Shown here one piece after another: positions 10,547-20,507 of a DNA stretch of 64,000 nucleotides (positions within the stretch are counted from its first letter, which is position 1; each line of letters starts with the position of its first letter). The notes beneath the pieces were generated by a model that was not told the origin of the DNA, made no database searches, and saw only the letters and a program-made list of their open reading frames with translations. This stretch comes from SAR86 cluster bacterium (GTDB lineage: Bacteria > Pseudomonadota > Gammaproteobacteria > Magnimaribacterales > TMED112): assembly GCA_016779525.1 (NCBI GenBank), contig JADHNL010000001.1:13109-77108 (forward strand), read 5' to 3'. The position numbers and the translations under genes were made by a program.

Positions 10547-11184
10547 TTCCAATAGTTGCAATTGATGGCCCATCAGGCTCTGGCAAAGGGACAATAGCAA
10601 AGCTGCTAGCCCTAGATTTAGGATGGAACTATCTTGACAGTGGTTTAATTTACAGGTGCTATGCTTATTTATCTAAAAACAAAATCAACAATATAAAAGA
10701 AGAAATTTTATTTATAAAGCATGAATTTGATTCCAAACACGAAAAGATCTTGTATAAAGACAAGAATATCACTGCTGACATAAGAAGCGCAGAAATATCA
10801 ATGTTATCATCGGAAATTTCTCAACAGCAGCAAGTAAGAGACGATTTATTTAAAATACAAAAAGCATATTTAAAGGAGCCAGGATTGGTTGCAGAAGGCA
10901 GAGATATGTCATCACGGTTATTCCCTGAGTCCAAGGTGCAAATATTCTTAACAGCAAGCTTGGAAGAAAGATTAAAGAGACGCTTAAATCAGTTGAGAAA
11001 TCACGGACAAAAGGTTAATATCTCAAAACTCAAAGATGAGTTAACTCTTAGAGATCAAAGAGACAGTCTAAGAAAAGAGTCTCCACTGATCAAAACAGTT
11101 AATTCAATTACGGTCGACAATACCAATGAGACTGTGGAAGAGACTTTGGACCTAATTAAAAATATTATTAATGAAAGATACTGA
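10543..11184 (+). CDS. cmk: Cytidylate kinase
   Basis: 213-aa ORF with the P-loop AIDGPSGSGKGT and a YLDSGLIYR motif. It sits upstream of rpsA, the conserved position. Confidence 0.92.
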   Translation: MIPIVAIDGPSGSGKGTIAKLLALDLGWNYLDSGLIYRCYAYLSKNKINNIKEEILFIKHEFDSKHEKILYKDKNITADIRSAEISMLSSEISQQQQVRDDLFKIQKAYLKEPGLVAEGRDMSSRLFPESKVQIFLTASLEERLKRRLNQLRNHGQKVNISKLKDELTLRDQRDSLRKESPLIKTVNSITVDNTNETVEETLDLIKNIINERY

Positions 11185-12484
11185 AAACACATTACAACAA
11201 CTGCTAGATAAAAGTTTTGAAAGCTTTGACCTTGTGCAAGGCTCGCTGGTGAAAGCAAATGTTCTACAAATAGGAAAAAAATGGGTCACATTGGACATAG
11301 GTTTTAAATCTGATGGACTAGTGCCAATTGAGGAATTTGAAAATCATGCAAATGAAGTCCAAGTTGCTGAGGGTGATGAAGTTGAAGTCATCTTAGATGC
11401 CTTAGACGATGGTTTTGGTGAAATTAGACTTTCTAGAGAAAAAGCAAGAAAACAAGAAACTTGGGATAGCTTAGAAAAATCACACTCTGAAGGAACCTAT
11501 GTTGAGGGTAAAGTTGTAAACAAAGTTAAAGGTGGGTTCACTGTCTTTGTTGATGTTGTTAAAGCATTCTTGCCTGGCTCATTAGTAGACCCAAAGGGAG
11601 GGAAAGATTACCCAGACCTTTCTGGTCAAACTCTTGAGTTCAAAGTAATGAAATTTGATAAGAAAAGAACAAATATTGTTCTTTCGAGAAAAGCTGTTTT
11701 ACAAGAACAAAACTCTGAAGAAAGAGAAAGGTTGTTAGAAGTAATCAAAGAAGGTGAAAAAATTGAAGGAACAATTAAAAATTTAACTGATTATGGTGCA
11801 TTTGTTGACCTGGGTGGCCTTGACGGGCTGTTGCATATCACAGATCTTTCATGGAAAAGGGTCATGCATCCAAAAGAAGTCCTGAATGTTGGAGATAAAA
11901 TGGAATTTTTGGTTCTATCCTTTGATCAAGAAAAAATGAGAGTTTCATTGGGGCTCAAGCAACTGGCTGACGATCCATGGAAAGATATCGAAAGCAAGTA
12001 TCACGTTGGGCAAATAGTTGAAGGTGAAGTGGCTTTAACTACAGATTATGGTTGTTTTGTAAAACTAGATGAGGATATTGAGGGTCTGGTACATATAACT
12101 GATTTAGATTGGAAAAATAAGAATATCAATCCATCTTCAATTCTAAGTAAGGGTGATAGCATAACAGTTAAAATTATGGAGATTGATCTTGAAGAAAGAA
12201 AAGTCTCTTTAAGCAAAAAGCATACCACTGAAAACCCTTGGAAAGATTTTGAAGATAAGCATAACCCTGGAGATATTCTTGAAAATATGAATATTAAGTC
12301 CGTAACTGACTTCGGAATTTTTGTTGAGCTTGATGGGGATATAGATGGGTTAATTCATCACTCTGAAATAGCTGTTGGACCAGAAGAAATTCAAGAAAAA
12401 TACAAAGCAGGCGATCAGATTACGGTTTCAATTTCTGGAATGGATTCAGAAAGAGAAAGGATTTCACTATCTTTGGTTTCATAG
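11171..12484 (+). CDS. rpsA: 30S ribosomal protein S1 (five S1 domains)
   Basis: 437-aa ORF made of repeated S1 OB-fold motifs, for example GTIKNLTDYGAFVDLGGLDGLLHITDLSW and GEVALTTDYGCFVKLDEDIEGLVHITDL. I count five repeats. Confidence 0.92.
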   Translation: MKDTENTLQQLLDKSFESFDLVQGSLVKANVLQIGKKWVTLDIGFKSDGLVPIEEFENHANEVQVAEGDEVEVILDALDDGFGEIRLSREKARKQETWDSLEKSHSEGTYVEGKVVNKVKGGFTVFVDVVKAFLPGSLVDPKGGKDYPDLSGQTLEFKVMKFDKKRTNIVLSRKAVLQEQNSEERERLLEVIKEGEKIEGTIKNLTDYGAFVDLGGLDGLLHITDLSWKRVMHPKEVLNVGDKMEFLVLSFDQEKMRVSLGLKQLADDPWKDIESKYHVGQIVEGEVALTTDYGCFVKLDEDIEGLVHITDLDWKNKNINPSSILSKGDSITVKIMEIDLEERKVSLSKKHTTENPWKDFEDKHNPGDILENMNIKSVTDFGIFVELDGDIDGLIHHSEIAVGPEEIQEKYKAGDQITVSISGMDSERERISLSLVS

Positions 12485-12517
12485 AAAAAACCTCAAACAT
12501 TTTTTACAATTGCCAGT

Positions 12518-13177
12518 ATGTCTGATAAGAGGCTAATTGTTGCACTTGATTATAGCGATATTAAAGATGTAAAAGCTTTAATCTCAAACTTAAATCCAAA
12601 TAGATGCATGGTGAAAGTGGGTCTACAGCTTTATCTGTCACAAAGATTGAGTATTTTAGACTTACTCTCAAATGCTGGATTTGATATTTTCTTAGATCTC
12701 AAATTGCATGACATTCCTAATACAGTGAGCAAAGCATTAAGTGAGATTGAAAAATTTAATGTTTTTATGACTACTATTCATTTGCAGGGAGGCAAAGAAA
12801 TGATAGAAGCGGCATTATCTTCTGTAAAATCAACAAAAATAATTGGGGTAACATTGCTTACCAGTTTAAATGAAAGCAATATTCAAAGCTTATACGCATC
12901 AGCTTTTTCAGATCAATTTTCGAGGTTAATTAGCTTAGCGAATGATACAAAGATTGATGGGTTAGTTTGCAGTGCTAATGAGCTTAATCAACTACATGAA
13001 TATCAAGGTTTAAAGGTTGTTCCTGGCATTAGAAATAAGATTTTAAATGATGACCAAAAGCGAACAATGACATCTATGGAAGCATATAATCTTGGGGCAG
13101 ATTATATAGTTGTGGGTAGACCGATAACGCAGTCAGAAAATATCGAGGAAGCGATTAAAGAATATGAATCTAAATGA
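12518..13177 (+). CDS. pyrF: Orotidine 5'-phosphate decarboxylase
   Basis: 219-aa ORF with the motifs LIVALDY, VKVGLQLY, FLDLKLHDIPNT and IVVGRPIT. Confidence 0.92.
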   Translation: MSDKRLIVALDYSDIKDVKALISNLNPNRCMVKVGLQLYLSQRLSILDLLSNAGFDIFLDLKLHDIPNTVSKALSEIEKFNVFMTTIHLQGGKEMIEAALSSVKSTKIIGVTLLTSLNESNIQSLYASAFSDQFSRLISLANDTKIDGLVCSANELNQLHEYQGLKVVPGIRNKILNDDQKRTMTSMEAYNLGADYIVVGRPITQSENIEEAIKEYESK

Positions 13178-14507
13178 TTTAAGAGCAAACATTGATGCAT
13201 ACTCACAGAACTATTTAAAGTCTGAAGGCAAACTAGCGGGATGTAATTTTGATTTTAAAGATCAAAAGATACCTGAAGAATTCTATTCAGACTTCATACA
13301 GCTAGCAAAAACACAAAAAATCCATGAACAATTTTCTGGAATATACAAAGGTGATGTTGTAAATGTTACTGAAGGTCGATCGGTCACACACTTCAACTAC
13401 AGAATGCCAAGCATTTCTGGTGATTACGAACATCATCAAAAAAAATTAATTTCTATTTCCAAAAAAATAAGAGAAGCTGGCTACGAAAAAATAGTTTTTT
13501 TTGGCATTGGAGGTTCTCAGTTGGGCCCTGCATTTGTCGGGGAAGCCCTAGTAGATAACTTTTATGATAAAGCCTGCTTAATTACTGGAAGCGACCCAGA
13601 TGAATTTACAGATAAGCTGGAAGGAGTAGATTTAAATAAATCATGTTTTATAGTTGCATCAAAGTCATTCAGCACTTTAGAAACTTTAAATTCATTTGAA
13701 AAAGTCACCAATAAAAAATTCCTTAGTAACACTTATGCGGTAACTGCAGCACCTCGATTAGCTGAGGATTACGGCATTCACAAGGATAATATAGTAAGTT
13801 TTGATATCAATGTTGGTGGACGATTTTCGATTTGGTCACCAATATCAATTTTGTTATCTATTTTTTTAGGAGAGGATGCCTACAAAGAATTTTTAGATGG
13901 AGGTCATTTAATTGATCTTGAATTATTGAAAAACAAATATAAAAGTCTAGTCTTCAATTTGTCATGCCAGGATATATTCCATAACAACATCCTTGGGAAC
14001 CAAACTAGCGTTTTACTTAATTATGATTGGAAGTTGAGAAATTTTTCACGCTACGCCCAACAGCTTGAGATGGAATCAAATGGCAAATCTGTTGATATTA
14101 ATGGAAATGAGAGTCTGATGGACACTAACTCTATTATTTGGGGAGGTTACGGCCCAGAATCACAACATTCATTTTATCAGTTACTGTATCAGGGCACTAA
14201 AGATTTTAATATTTACTTAATTGCTCAAAAAAACGCTGAGAAACTGAATTACATGCAATTTCTTGGACAAAAACAATCGCTTGTTGAGGGGGCAGATAAA
14301 GACCTTGAAAGTTATAGGCAAACAAAAATACGTCGCCTTACCTCAGTAGTGCTTGATCAAATATCTCCAAGATCAGTTGGTGCTTTAATGGCAATTTGGG
14401 AAAATAAAACAATCTTAAACAGTCTAATATGGAACATAAATGCATTTGATCAGTGGGGAGTAGAGCTTGGCAAGCTCAACACAAAAAAATTCTCCGGTGA
14501 AAGCTAG
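13164..14507 (+). CDS. pgi: Glucose-6-phosphate isomerase (short form)
   Basis: 447-aa ORF with the motifs FFGIGGSQLGP, SKSFSTLET, GGRFSIWS, EMESNGKSV and QHSFYQLL. Confidence 0.9.
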   Translation: MNLNDLRANIDAYSQNYLKSEGKLAGCNFDFKDQKIPEEFYSDFIQLAKTQKIHEQFSGIYKGDVVNVTEGRSVTHFNYRMPSISGDYEHHQKKLISISKKIREAGYEKIVFFGIGGSQLGPAFVGEALVDNFYDKACLITGSDPDEFTDKLEGVDLNKSCFIVASKSFSTLETLNSFEKVTNKKFLSNTYAVTAAPRLAEDYGIHKDNIVSFDINVGGRFSIWSPISILLSIFLGEDAYKEFLDGGHLIDLELLKNKYKSLVFNLSCQDIFHNNILGNQTSVLLNYDWKLRNFSRYAQQLEMESNGKSVDINGNESLMDTNSIIWGGYGPESQHSFYQLLYQGTKDFNIYLIAQKNAEKLNYMQFLGQKQSLVEGADKDLESYRQTKIRRLTSVVLDQISPRSVGALMAIWENKTILNSLIWNINAFDQWGVELGKLNTKKFSGES

Positions 14508-16248
14508 TATTAAAGAAAAAGTAAAATCATTTCCCCAAAAGCCAGGAGTGTATAGATTTTATGATTCTAATTCGCTCTTATATATTGGCAAAGCAAAGAA
14601 TCTTCGAAAAAGAGCAAGCTCATACTTCACCAAAACAATTAAAGAGTATAAGACTGCAAAATTAATCGATAGAATTGTCGACGCAGACTTTCTTATAACT
14701 AAAAATGAAACCGAAGCATTATTGCTAGAGCAAAATTTAATCAAATCAAATCAACCAAGATTTAATATTTTACTTCGTGATGATAAAACATTTCCTTACA
14801 TAGAGATAAATGAAAAGCATGACTTCCCTCAAATCTTATTTAAAAGGACCACAAAAGCATCAAAAGAGCTTTATGGACCATTTACTAGTGCAAAAGGCAC
14901 TAGATTAGCAATTTCTGAGTTACAAAATATATTTAAGCTCAGGACCTGCAATGATGTATTTTTTTCAAATCGCTCTCGCCCGTGCTTGCAATATCAGATT
15001 GGCAAGTGCTCTGCACCATGTGTGGACAAGATTTCGCAAAGTGATTACCTAGAAGATATTAATAATACCAAAAAAGTCCTTAAAGGAAATTTTTCAGAAA
15101 TCATTAAAGATCTTAAATCATCGATGAAAAAATTTTCAAATCAACAAGCTTTTGAGAAAGCAGGAGAAATAAAAACACGAATTGAGATGCTAAGACGCAT
15201 TGAGGAAACTCAAATTATCTTCTCAGGCGGCGACCAAACAAAAGTTTTAGGTATGGCTACTGTGGAAAATGATGTTAGCTTTGTAGTTATTGATATAGAA
15301 AAAAATGCCTTCTCAAACATTAAGAGATACTCCTTTAAAAATCAGCTCAACAAAAGTAATGATGATTTATTTGAAGAATTTTTAAGTAGGCTGATCTTAG
15401 CAAGCCCTAAAATAAAAGAGATCATTTCTATCAAGGAGCATTTGGGATCACCTTTTTTCCCACATATTAAATTTACGACACCTGCAAATGGTAGTAAAAA
15501 AAAGTGGTGCGATATGGCTGATAGAAATGCAAGAGAATTCTTAGGCCTTAAACTTCAAAAAGCAAATAAATACTTACTGAGCATAGATTATCTGAAGAAC
15601 AAAATAGGTTTAACAGACAACATAAACATTGTTGGTTTCGATGTAAGTGGTGGAGTTGGAGATATTCAGACCGTTTCTTGTGTTTTTTTTAACGAGCATG
15701 GGCCAGACAAATCTAGGTATAGATTTTTTAATGTACCCAATAAGCATTCTGAATCAGATATTTCTGCATTGGTTTATGGTATTGATAAATACTTAAAAAA
15801 TAATTTTGACATTTCAGTAGTGCTAATTGATGGAGGTAAGACGCACCTGAATGCTATAAAAACCTCCATTGATCTAGAAAAAGTTAAGTTTGTTTCACTG
15901 GGCAAAGGCGAGAAGAGAAAATACGGTATAGAAAATCTATTTTATGACAATCAGAAAGTTGAGTTCAGAAAAGACGATAGCATGTCAAAATTATTTTTAG
16001 ATGTTAGAGATGAAGCTCATCGATTTGCTATAAAGAACTTCAGATCAATAAAAAGAAAAAACCTTACTAAGCATTACTTGCAAGATCTTAAAGGTGTTGG
16101 ACCCAAAACTATCGATAAGATATACAAGGAATTTGGTAGTATCAAGATTCTTGCAAAAATCACAGCAGAACAATTTTCACAGAAATGTGGACTCAGCGAA
16201 TCAATGTGTAAAAATATTCAAAGAAAGGTGAAAGAAATATATAATTAA
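14467..16248 (+). CDS. uvrC: Excinuclease ABC subunit C
   Basis: 593-aa ORF. It has a GIY-YIG N-terminus (PGVYRFYD...LYIGKAKNLRKRASSYF), a Cys-rich region (RPCLQYQIGKCSAPC) and a C-terminal HhH region. TTG 14467 is preceded by the SD-like ggggag; GTG 14497 is an alternative start. Confidence 0.9.
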   Translation: MASSTQKNSPVKASIKEKVKSFPQKPGVYRFYDSNSLLYIGKAKNLRKRASSYFTKTIKEYKTAKLIDRIVDADFLITKNETEALLLEQNLIKSNQPRFNILLRDDKTFPYIEINEKHDFPQILFKRTTKASKELYGPFTSAKGTRLAISELQNIFKLRTCNDVFFSNRSRPCLQYQIGKCSAPCVDKISQSDYLEDINNTKKVLKGNFSEIIKDLKSSMKKFSNQQAFEKAGEIKTRIEMLRRIEETQIIFSGGDQTKVLGMATVENDVSFVVIDIEKNAFSNIKRYSFKNQLNKSNDDLFEEFLSRLILASPKIKEIISIKEHLGSPFFPHIKFTTPANGSKKKWCDMADRNAREFLGLKLQKANKYLLSIDYLKNKIGLTDNINIVGFDVSGGVGDIQTVSCVFFNEHGPDKSRYRFFNVPNKHSESDISALVYGIDKYLKNNFDISVVLIDGGKTHLNAIKTSIDLEKVKFVSLGKGEKRKYGIENLFYDNQKVEFRKDDSMSKLFLDVRDEAHRFAIKNFRSIKRKNLTKHYLQDLKGVGPKTIDKIYKEFGSIKILAKITAEQFSQKCGLSESMCKNIQRKVKEIYN

Positions 16249-16251
16249 CCA

Positions 16252-16683
16252 ATGCATTCAAGGTTTCATTTAGCCATTAAGGTCACAGACCTTCCGATAG
16301 CAAAACGTTTTTATTGCGATATCTTGGGCTGTGAAGCAGGTAGAGCAGAAGACGATTGGCAAGATATAAATTTTTTTGGCAATGAGCTGACATTGCACGA
16401 ATGCAGTGACTATGTACCAAACAAAAATATTGAGGGCAAAATCGTTGATATGTGTGATATCCCTGTACCTCACTTTGGCATTCATCTTTCTGAATCAGAT
16501 TTTTTAAATCTTAAACAAAGAGTGCAGCAGCACAATGATGTAAAGGTCTTGCTGGAGCCCTTTGTTAGATTTGAAGGCAGACCTCCTGAGCAAGAGACCA
16601 TGTTTCTCAGTGATCCATTTAACTATGTAATTGAAGTCAAGTGCATGAAAAACCCTGAAACACTTTGGGATCTTAGCTCTTGA
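16252..16683 (+). CDS. VOC (glyoxalase/bleomycin-resistance/dioxygenase) family protein
   Basis: 143-aa ORF. HLAIKVTDLPIAKRFYCDILGCE is a typical VOC beta-alpha-beta-beta-beta N-terminal module, and HFGIHL begins a second half. The specific function is not inferable. Confidence 0.55.
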   Translation: MHSRFHLAIKVTDLPIAKRFYCDILGCEAGRAEDDWQDINFFGNELTLHECSDYVPNKNIEGKIVDMCDIPVPHFGIHLSESDFLNLKQRVQQHNDVKVLLEPFVRFEGRPPEQETMFLSDPFNYVIEVKCMKNPETLWDLSS

Positions 16684-16780
16684 TTAAATTAAATATTCCT
16701 TTAATATCACCATTCTATGACATTCGATAATCACACCTCTAAGCGTTCATGATTCGCTTTTTATCTACTCCACAAAAATT

Positions 16781-17317
16781 TTGAGACCACAAAGAAGAAA
16801 GAGACCTCCTCAGCCTCCTGTAAACAAATTTATGAAAGCAGAAAGGCTGACTGTAATTTCTGAAACAGGTGAAAAGCTAGGTGAATTTTCTAAGTTTGAG
16901 GCAATTAACATTGCTGAGGATAAAGGCTTGGATATTCTTCAGATAACTTTTGATAAAGAGCCTTGTGTAGCAAAGATTATTGATTATGGAAAGTATAAAT
17001 TTGATCAAAAGAAGAAAGCTTCTCTGGCCAAAAAAAATCAAAAAAGACTTGAGCAGAAAGAAATAAAAATGAGACCAAATATTGGTAAAGGGGATATTGA
17101 GGTCAAACTTAACAAAATAAAAGGATTTTTGGATAAGAAAGCCAATGTGAAAGTTACTGTCATGTTCAGAGGGAGAGAGCTTGGAAATACAAGTTTTGGC
17201 AAAACTTTACTTGACAGCATCATCAAAGAAACCGAAGATATTGCTTCAATTTTAGTAGAGCCAAAGTTTGAAAATAGAGCTTATAGTATGATGTTGGCTC
17301 CAAAAAAGACAAAATGA
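16781..17317 (+). CDS. infC: Translation initiation factor IF-3
   Basis: 178-aa ORF. The N-domain ([35 protein letters not shown]) and C-domain ([25 protein letters not shown]) match IF-3. There is no ATG: the track uses TTG 16781, and the in-frame codon just before it (16778-16780) is ATT, the classical infC start. Confidence 0.9.
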   Translation: MRPQRRKRPPQPPVNKFMKAERLTVISETGEKLGEFSKFEAINIAEDKGLDILQITFDKEPCVAKIIDYGKYKFDQKKKASLAKKNQKRLEQKEIKMRPNIGKGDIEVKLNKIKGFLDKKANVKVTVMFRGRELGNTSFGKTLLDSIIKETEDIASILVEPKFENRAYSMMLAPKKTK

Positions 17318-17505
17318 GTAAATTAAAAAATCACTCTAGCGCTAAAAAGAGGTTTAAAGCAACGGGATCAGGCCTTAAAATGAGGTCTGCTGGCAGGAAT
17401 CATATTCTATCAAAGCATAAGACCAAGAAAAAAAGACATGCTCGAGGTACTTCTAACTTAGAAGGAGCAAACTTAAAATTAGTTAATAAATTATTGGAGG
17501 CATAG
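17314..17505 (+). CDS. rpmI: 50S ribosomal protein L35
   Basis: 63-aa basic ORF ([18 protein letters not shown]...) in the infC-rpmI-rplT operon position. Confidence 0.92.
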   Translation: MSKLKNHSSAKKRFKATGSGLKMRSAGRNHILSKHKTKKKRHARGTSNLEGANLKLVNKLLEA

Positions 17506-17506
17506 A

Positions 17507-17854
17507 ATGCCAAGAACAACTAAAGGAAACTTAGCAGCAAAAAAACACAAGGCAGTCCTAGCAAGAACAAAAGGGCATTATGGAGCTAGATCGAGACTTT
17601 TTAAAACAGCCAAGCAATCCTTAATTAAATCATTGCAATATGCTTACAGAGACAGAAAAAATAGAAAAAGAGACTTTAGGAGGCTTTGGATTATAAGAAT
17701 CAATGCCGAAGTCAGAAACTTAGGATATTCTTATTCCAAATTCATAAATGGTCTCAACCAGAAAGGCATTGAGCTTGACAGAAAGATGTTGTCGGAGTTA
17801 GCTATACAGGATAAAGCAACTTTTGAAAAAGTTGTGAAAGCTGCTATAGATTAA
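17507..17854 (+). CDS. rplT: 50S ribosomal protein L20
   Basis: 115-aa ORF with MPRTTKG...[27 protein letters not shown] and [20 protein letters not shown]. Confidence 0.95.
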   Translation: MPRTTKGNLAAKKHKAVLARTKGHYGARSRLFKTAKQSLIKSLQYAYRDRKNRKRDFRRLWIIRINAEVRNLGYSYSKFINGLNQKGIELDRKMLSELAIQDKATFEKVVKAAID

Positions 17855-18576
17855 TGACGGCACCGAAAGATATTTTTTTCCCACCATTGAACCGTGAAAT
17901 TGGTTCAAGGCATCCCATTAATCAGGTTAAATCTGAATTGACTGAACTCTTAACTTCGTTTGGATTCTCTGTAGCTGAGGGTCCTGAGGTTGAGTCCGAA
18001 GAGTACAATTTTGACAAACTAAATATACCAGCAACACATCCAGCGCGTGAGATGCATGACACATTTTATGTCAACAATAAAACCCAAGTATTGCGTACTC
18101 ATACTTCACCAGTTCAGGTTAGAACTATGTTATCGAGCAAACCGCCTATAGCTGTAGTTTCACCAGGCAAAGTCTATCGTAAAGACGATGATGCCACCCA
18201 CTTACCAATGTTTCATCAGATTGAGGGATTGTATGTGGATGAGAATGTCAATTTTGCGCACCTTAAAGACTTAATTTTTAAGATTTGCCATTCATTGTTC
18301 GGTGAAGAAGCACAACTACGTTTTCGACCATCTTATTTTCCATTTACTGAGCCATCAGCAGAGGTTGATGTATTGTTTGGTGATAAGTGGTTAGAAATTC
18401 TTGGATGCGGCGTGGTCAATCCGAAAGTTTTAGAAAATTGTAACATCGATTCAAACCAATATTCTGGTTTAGCTTTCGGTTTAGGTATTGAAAGAATTGC
18501 CATGCTCAAATACGAAGTCAAAGATATTAGGGATTTTTATAAGTCGAACCTCGATTTCTTGAGGCAATTTAAATGA
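17854..18576 (+). CDS. pheS: Phenylalanine--tRNA ligase alpha subunit (N-terminally short form)
   Basis: 240-aa ORF carrying the class II core: HPINQV, FDKLNIPATHPAREMHDTFY, LRTHTSPVQVR, FRPSYFPFTEPSAEVD and GLAFGLGIERIAM. Its start overlaps the rplT stop (TAATG), so no upstream coding space exists. Confidence 0.92.
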   Translation: MTAPKDIFFPPLNREIGSRHPINQVKSELTELLTSFGFSVAEGPEVESEEYNFDKLNIPATHPAREMHDTFYVNNKTQVLRTHTSPVQVRTMLSSKPPIAVVSPGKVYRKDDDATHLPMFHQIEGLYVDENVNFAHLKDLIFKICHSLFGEEAQLRFRPSYFPFTEPSAEVDVLFGDKWLEILGCGVVNPKVLENCNIDSNQYSGLAFGLGIERIAMLKYEVKDIRDFYKSNLDFLRQFK

Positions 18577-20507
18577 AAATAGTTTATTCACATCTGCTCA
18601 GCCTTTTAGAGCAACAACCAAAACTTAAGGAGCTATCAGATCTACTTTATCAATTAGGACATGAACATGAAATCGATGGTGAGGTACTGGATATGGAAAT
18701 CACCCCAAATCGTGGTGACTGCTTATCGCTTAAAGGTTTAGCACGTGACCTGAATTACTTCTATCAAGCCAAAGAGCTTCCAAAAAGTTCAATGACTTTA
18801 CCAGCACTTGCACTGCAATTTGATAATAAAGCTCAAGATTTGTGCCCAAATATATCTTTTATGCAGATTGAAATCGAGCAAGTGCCAAGCAAATACGAGC
18901 CTTACTTGGAAGCTTATTTCACAGACTTAGGCATCAATAAAAATAATTTTTTTACTGACATTTCCAATTATTTGGCCTATGAATCTGGCCAACCAACACA
19001 CTGTTTTGATCAGAGCACCATACGTGGTCATTTTGCTCTAGAAAAGAAAGAGCTTAAAACAAAGTTTAAGACCTTATTAGGCACTGAGATCGAACTGACC
19101 AATGAAAATTTGGTCTTCACATTAGACAATGACCCGATTAGTTTGGCGGGTGTAATGGGCGGGGCCAGAACAGCTTGTTCAGCGAACACAACAAAAGTAT
19201 TGGTAGAGTGTGCCTACTTTCAGCCTCAAGAAATTTTGGGCAAAGCTAGAAAATACAACCTAAGCTCAGATGCGGCTTATAAATTTGAACGAGGTGTGGA
19301 TTACCTTTGCCAAGAAGGTGTCTTACGCAGATTTCTGCAAATTGTCTCTGATCATACGAAGGTTAAGTCTGTGTCACTTTATGGTGAGCAAAGCAAAACA
19401 GCATTGGCAGAGGTGCCTTATGATAGTGAAAAACTCAATGCAGTAGTTGGTATAAATTTTACAGAGAAAGAGCAATTAGGTTATTTAAGCGCTTTGGGCT
19501 TTCAATCTGGCAAGAACATGACGGTGCCTGCGCATAGGTCTGATGTCGATCAGCTTAATGATTTGGCAGAGGAAGTTACCAGAATGATTGGCTATGATAA
19601 TATTCCGTCTCAAGTTTTAGCATTGCCTGTCATGGCAAAAAAACAAAAGAGATCTTTTGAAGAACTAGTTGGTAATTATTTAGTTAATCAAGGTTGTTTT
19701 GAGGTCATCAACAATCCATTTACCGATTTTGAGGGCAAAGAGGCTATTCCGGTAGATAATCCCTTGGACAAACAGCGAGCAATGCTACGCACCTGCCTAA
19801 TGAATTCGATTAGAACCAATATTGCCTATAACCAGAATAGACAGAAAGATTCCATTAAGTTTTTTGAGTTTTCAGATATTTATAAAACTTCTGGGAGCGA
19901 ACGACGCCTTGCTTTGGCCATATCAGGTCGCGTCAATAAAAATGCTGCAGAATTTAATGCTCAATTGGATTACGCATATCTTAAGGGTTTAGTTAACAGT
20001 ATTTGTAGTGATATTTTGAAAGTGCAACCAACTTATGAGCTTACCAATAAGAGAGGTTACGATTTTTATGAATCTTTATCCTTAAATGGCATCAAGTTAG
20101 GAGGTCTTGGCAAAATCAGCAAAGACACCATTAACTCCAAAGTCAAAACACCAGTGTTTGCTTGTGAACTAACCACCGATAATCTAGCAGTGCCAGATAA
20201 TCAATTAACGCCAACATCAGATTTTCCTGCTTCTTACCGTGATCTATCCTTTAGTTTAAGTGATCTAGATAAAGTTGAGACATTAACAAAGCTGGTTAAT
20301 GATGCTACCAATGGCAATGATCTCTTAACTGAAAGTTTTATTTTTGATTTCTTTCAAAACAAAAAATTAAACATCTTAAAACTTGGTTTTAGATTCAAGT
20401 TTCAAGCTGAAGATAAAAGCTTAACAGATGAGGAAATCGATCAAATCATGGATAAGCTCATTAGTGACTCGTTGGCAGTAGATGGCATCTCTATTGAGGG
20501 TTTGTGA
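18573..20507 (+). CDS. pheT: Phenylalanine--tRNA ligase beta subunit (lacks the B2 tRNA-binding OB-fold)
   Basis: 644-aa ORF. A B1-like N-terminus runs directly into ITPNRGDCLSLKGLARDL. It also has B3/B4, B5 (VPAHRSDV, DLAEEVTRMIGYDNIP) and a C-terminal FDX-ACB-like domain (SLTDEEIDQIMDKLI). Confidence 0.9.
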   Translation: MKIVYSHLLSLLEQQPKLKELSDLLYQLGHEHEIDGEVLDMEITPNRGDCLSLKGLARDLNYFYQAKELPKSSMTLPALALQFDNKAQDLCPNISFMQIEIEQVPSKYEPYLEAYFTDLGINKNNFFTDISNYLAYESGQPTHCFDQSTIRGHFALEKKELKTKFKTLLGTEIELTNENLVFTLDNDPISLAGVMGGARTACSANTTKVLVECAYFQPQEILGKARKYNLSSDAAYKFERGVDYLCQEGVLRRFLQIVSDHTKVKSVSLYGEQSKTALAEVPYDSEKLNAVVGINFTEKEQLGYLSALGFQSGKNMTVPAHRSDVDQLNDLAEEVTRMIGYDNIPSQVLALPVMAKKQKRSFEELVGNYLVNQGCFEVINNPFTDFEGKEAIPVDNPLDKQRAMLRTCLMNSIRTNIAYNQNRQKDSIKFFEFSDIYKTSGSERRLALAISGRVNKNAAEFNAQLDYAYLKGLVNSICSDILKVQPTYELTNKRGYDFYESLSLNGIKLGGLGKISKDTINSKVKTPVFACELTTDNLAVPDNQLTPTSDFPASYRDLSFSLSDLDKVETLTKLVNDATNGNDLLTESFIFDFFQNKKLNILKLGFRFKFQAEDKSLTDEEIDQIMDKLISDSLAVDGISIEGL

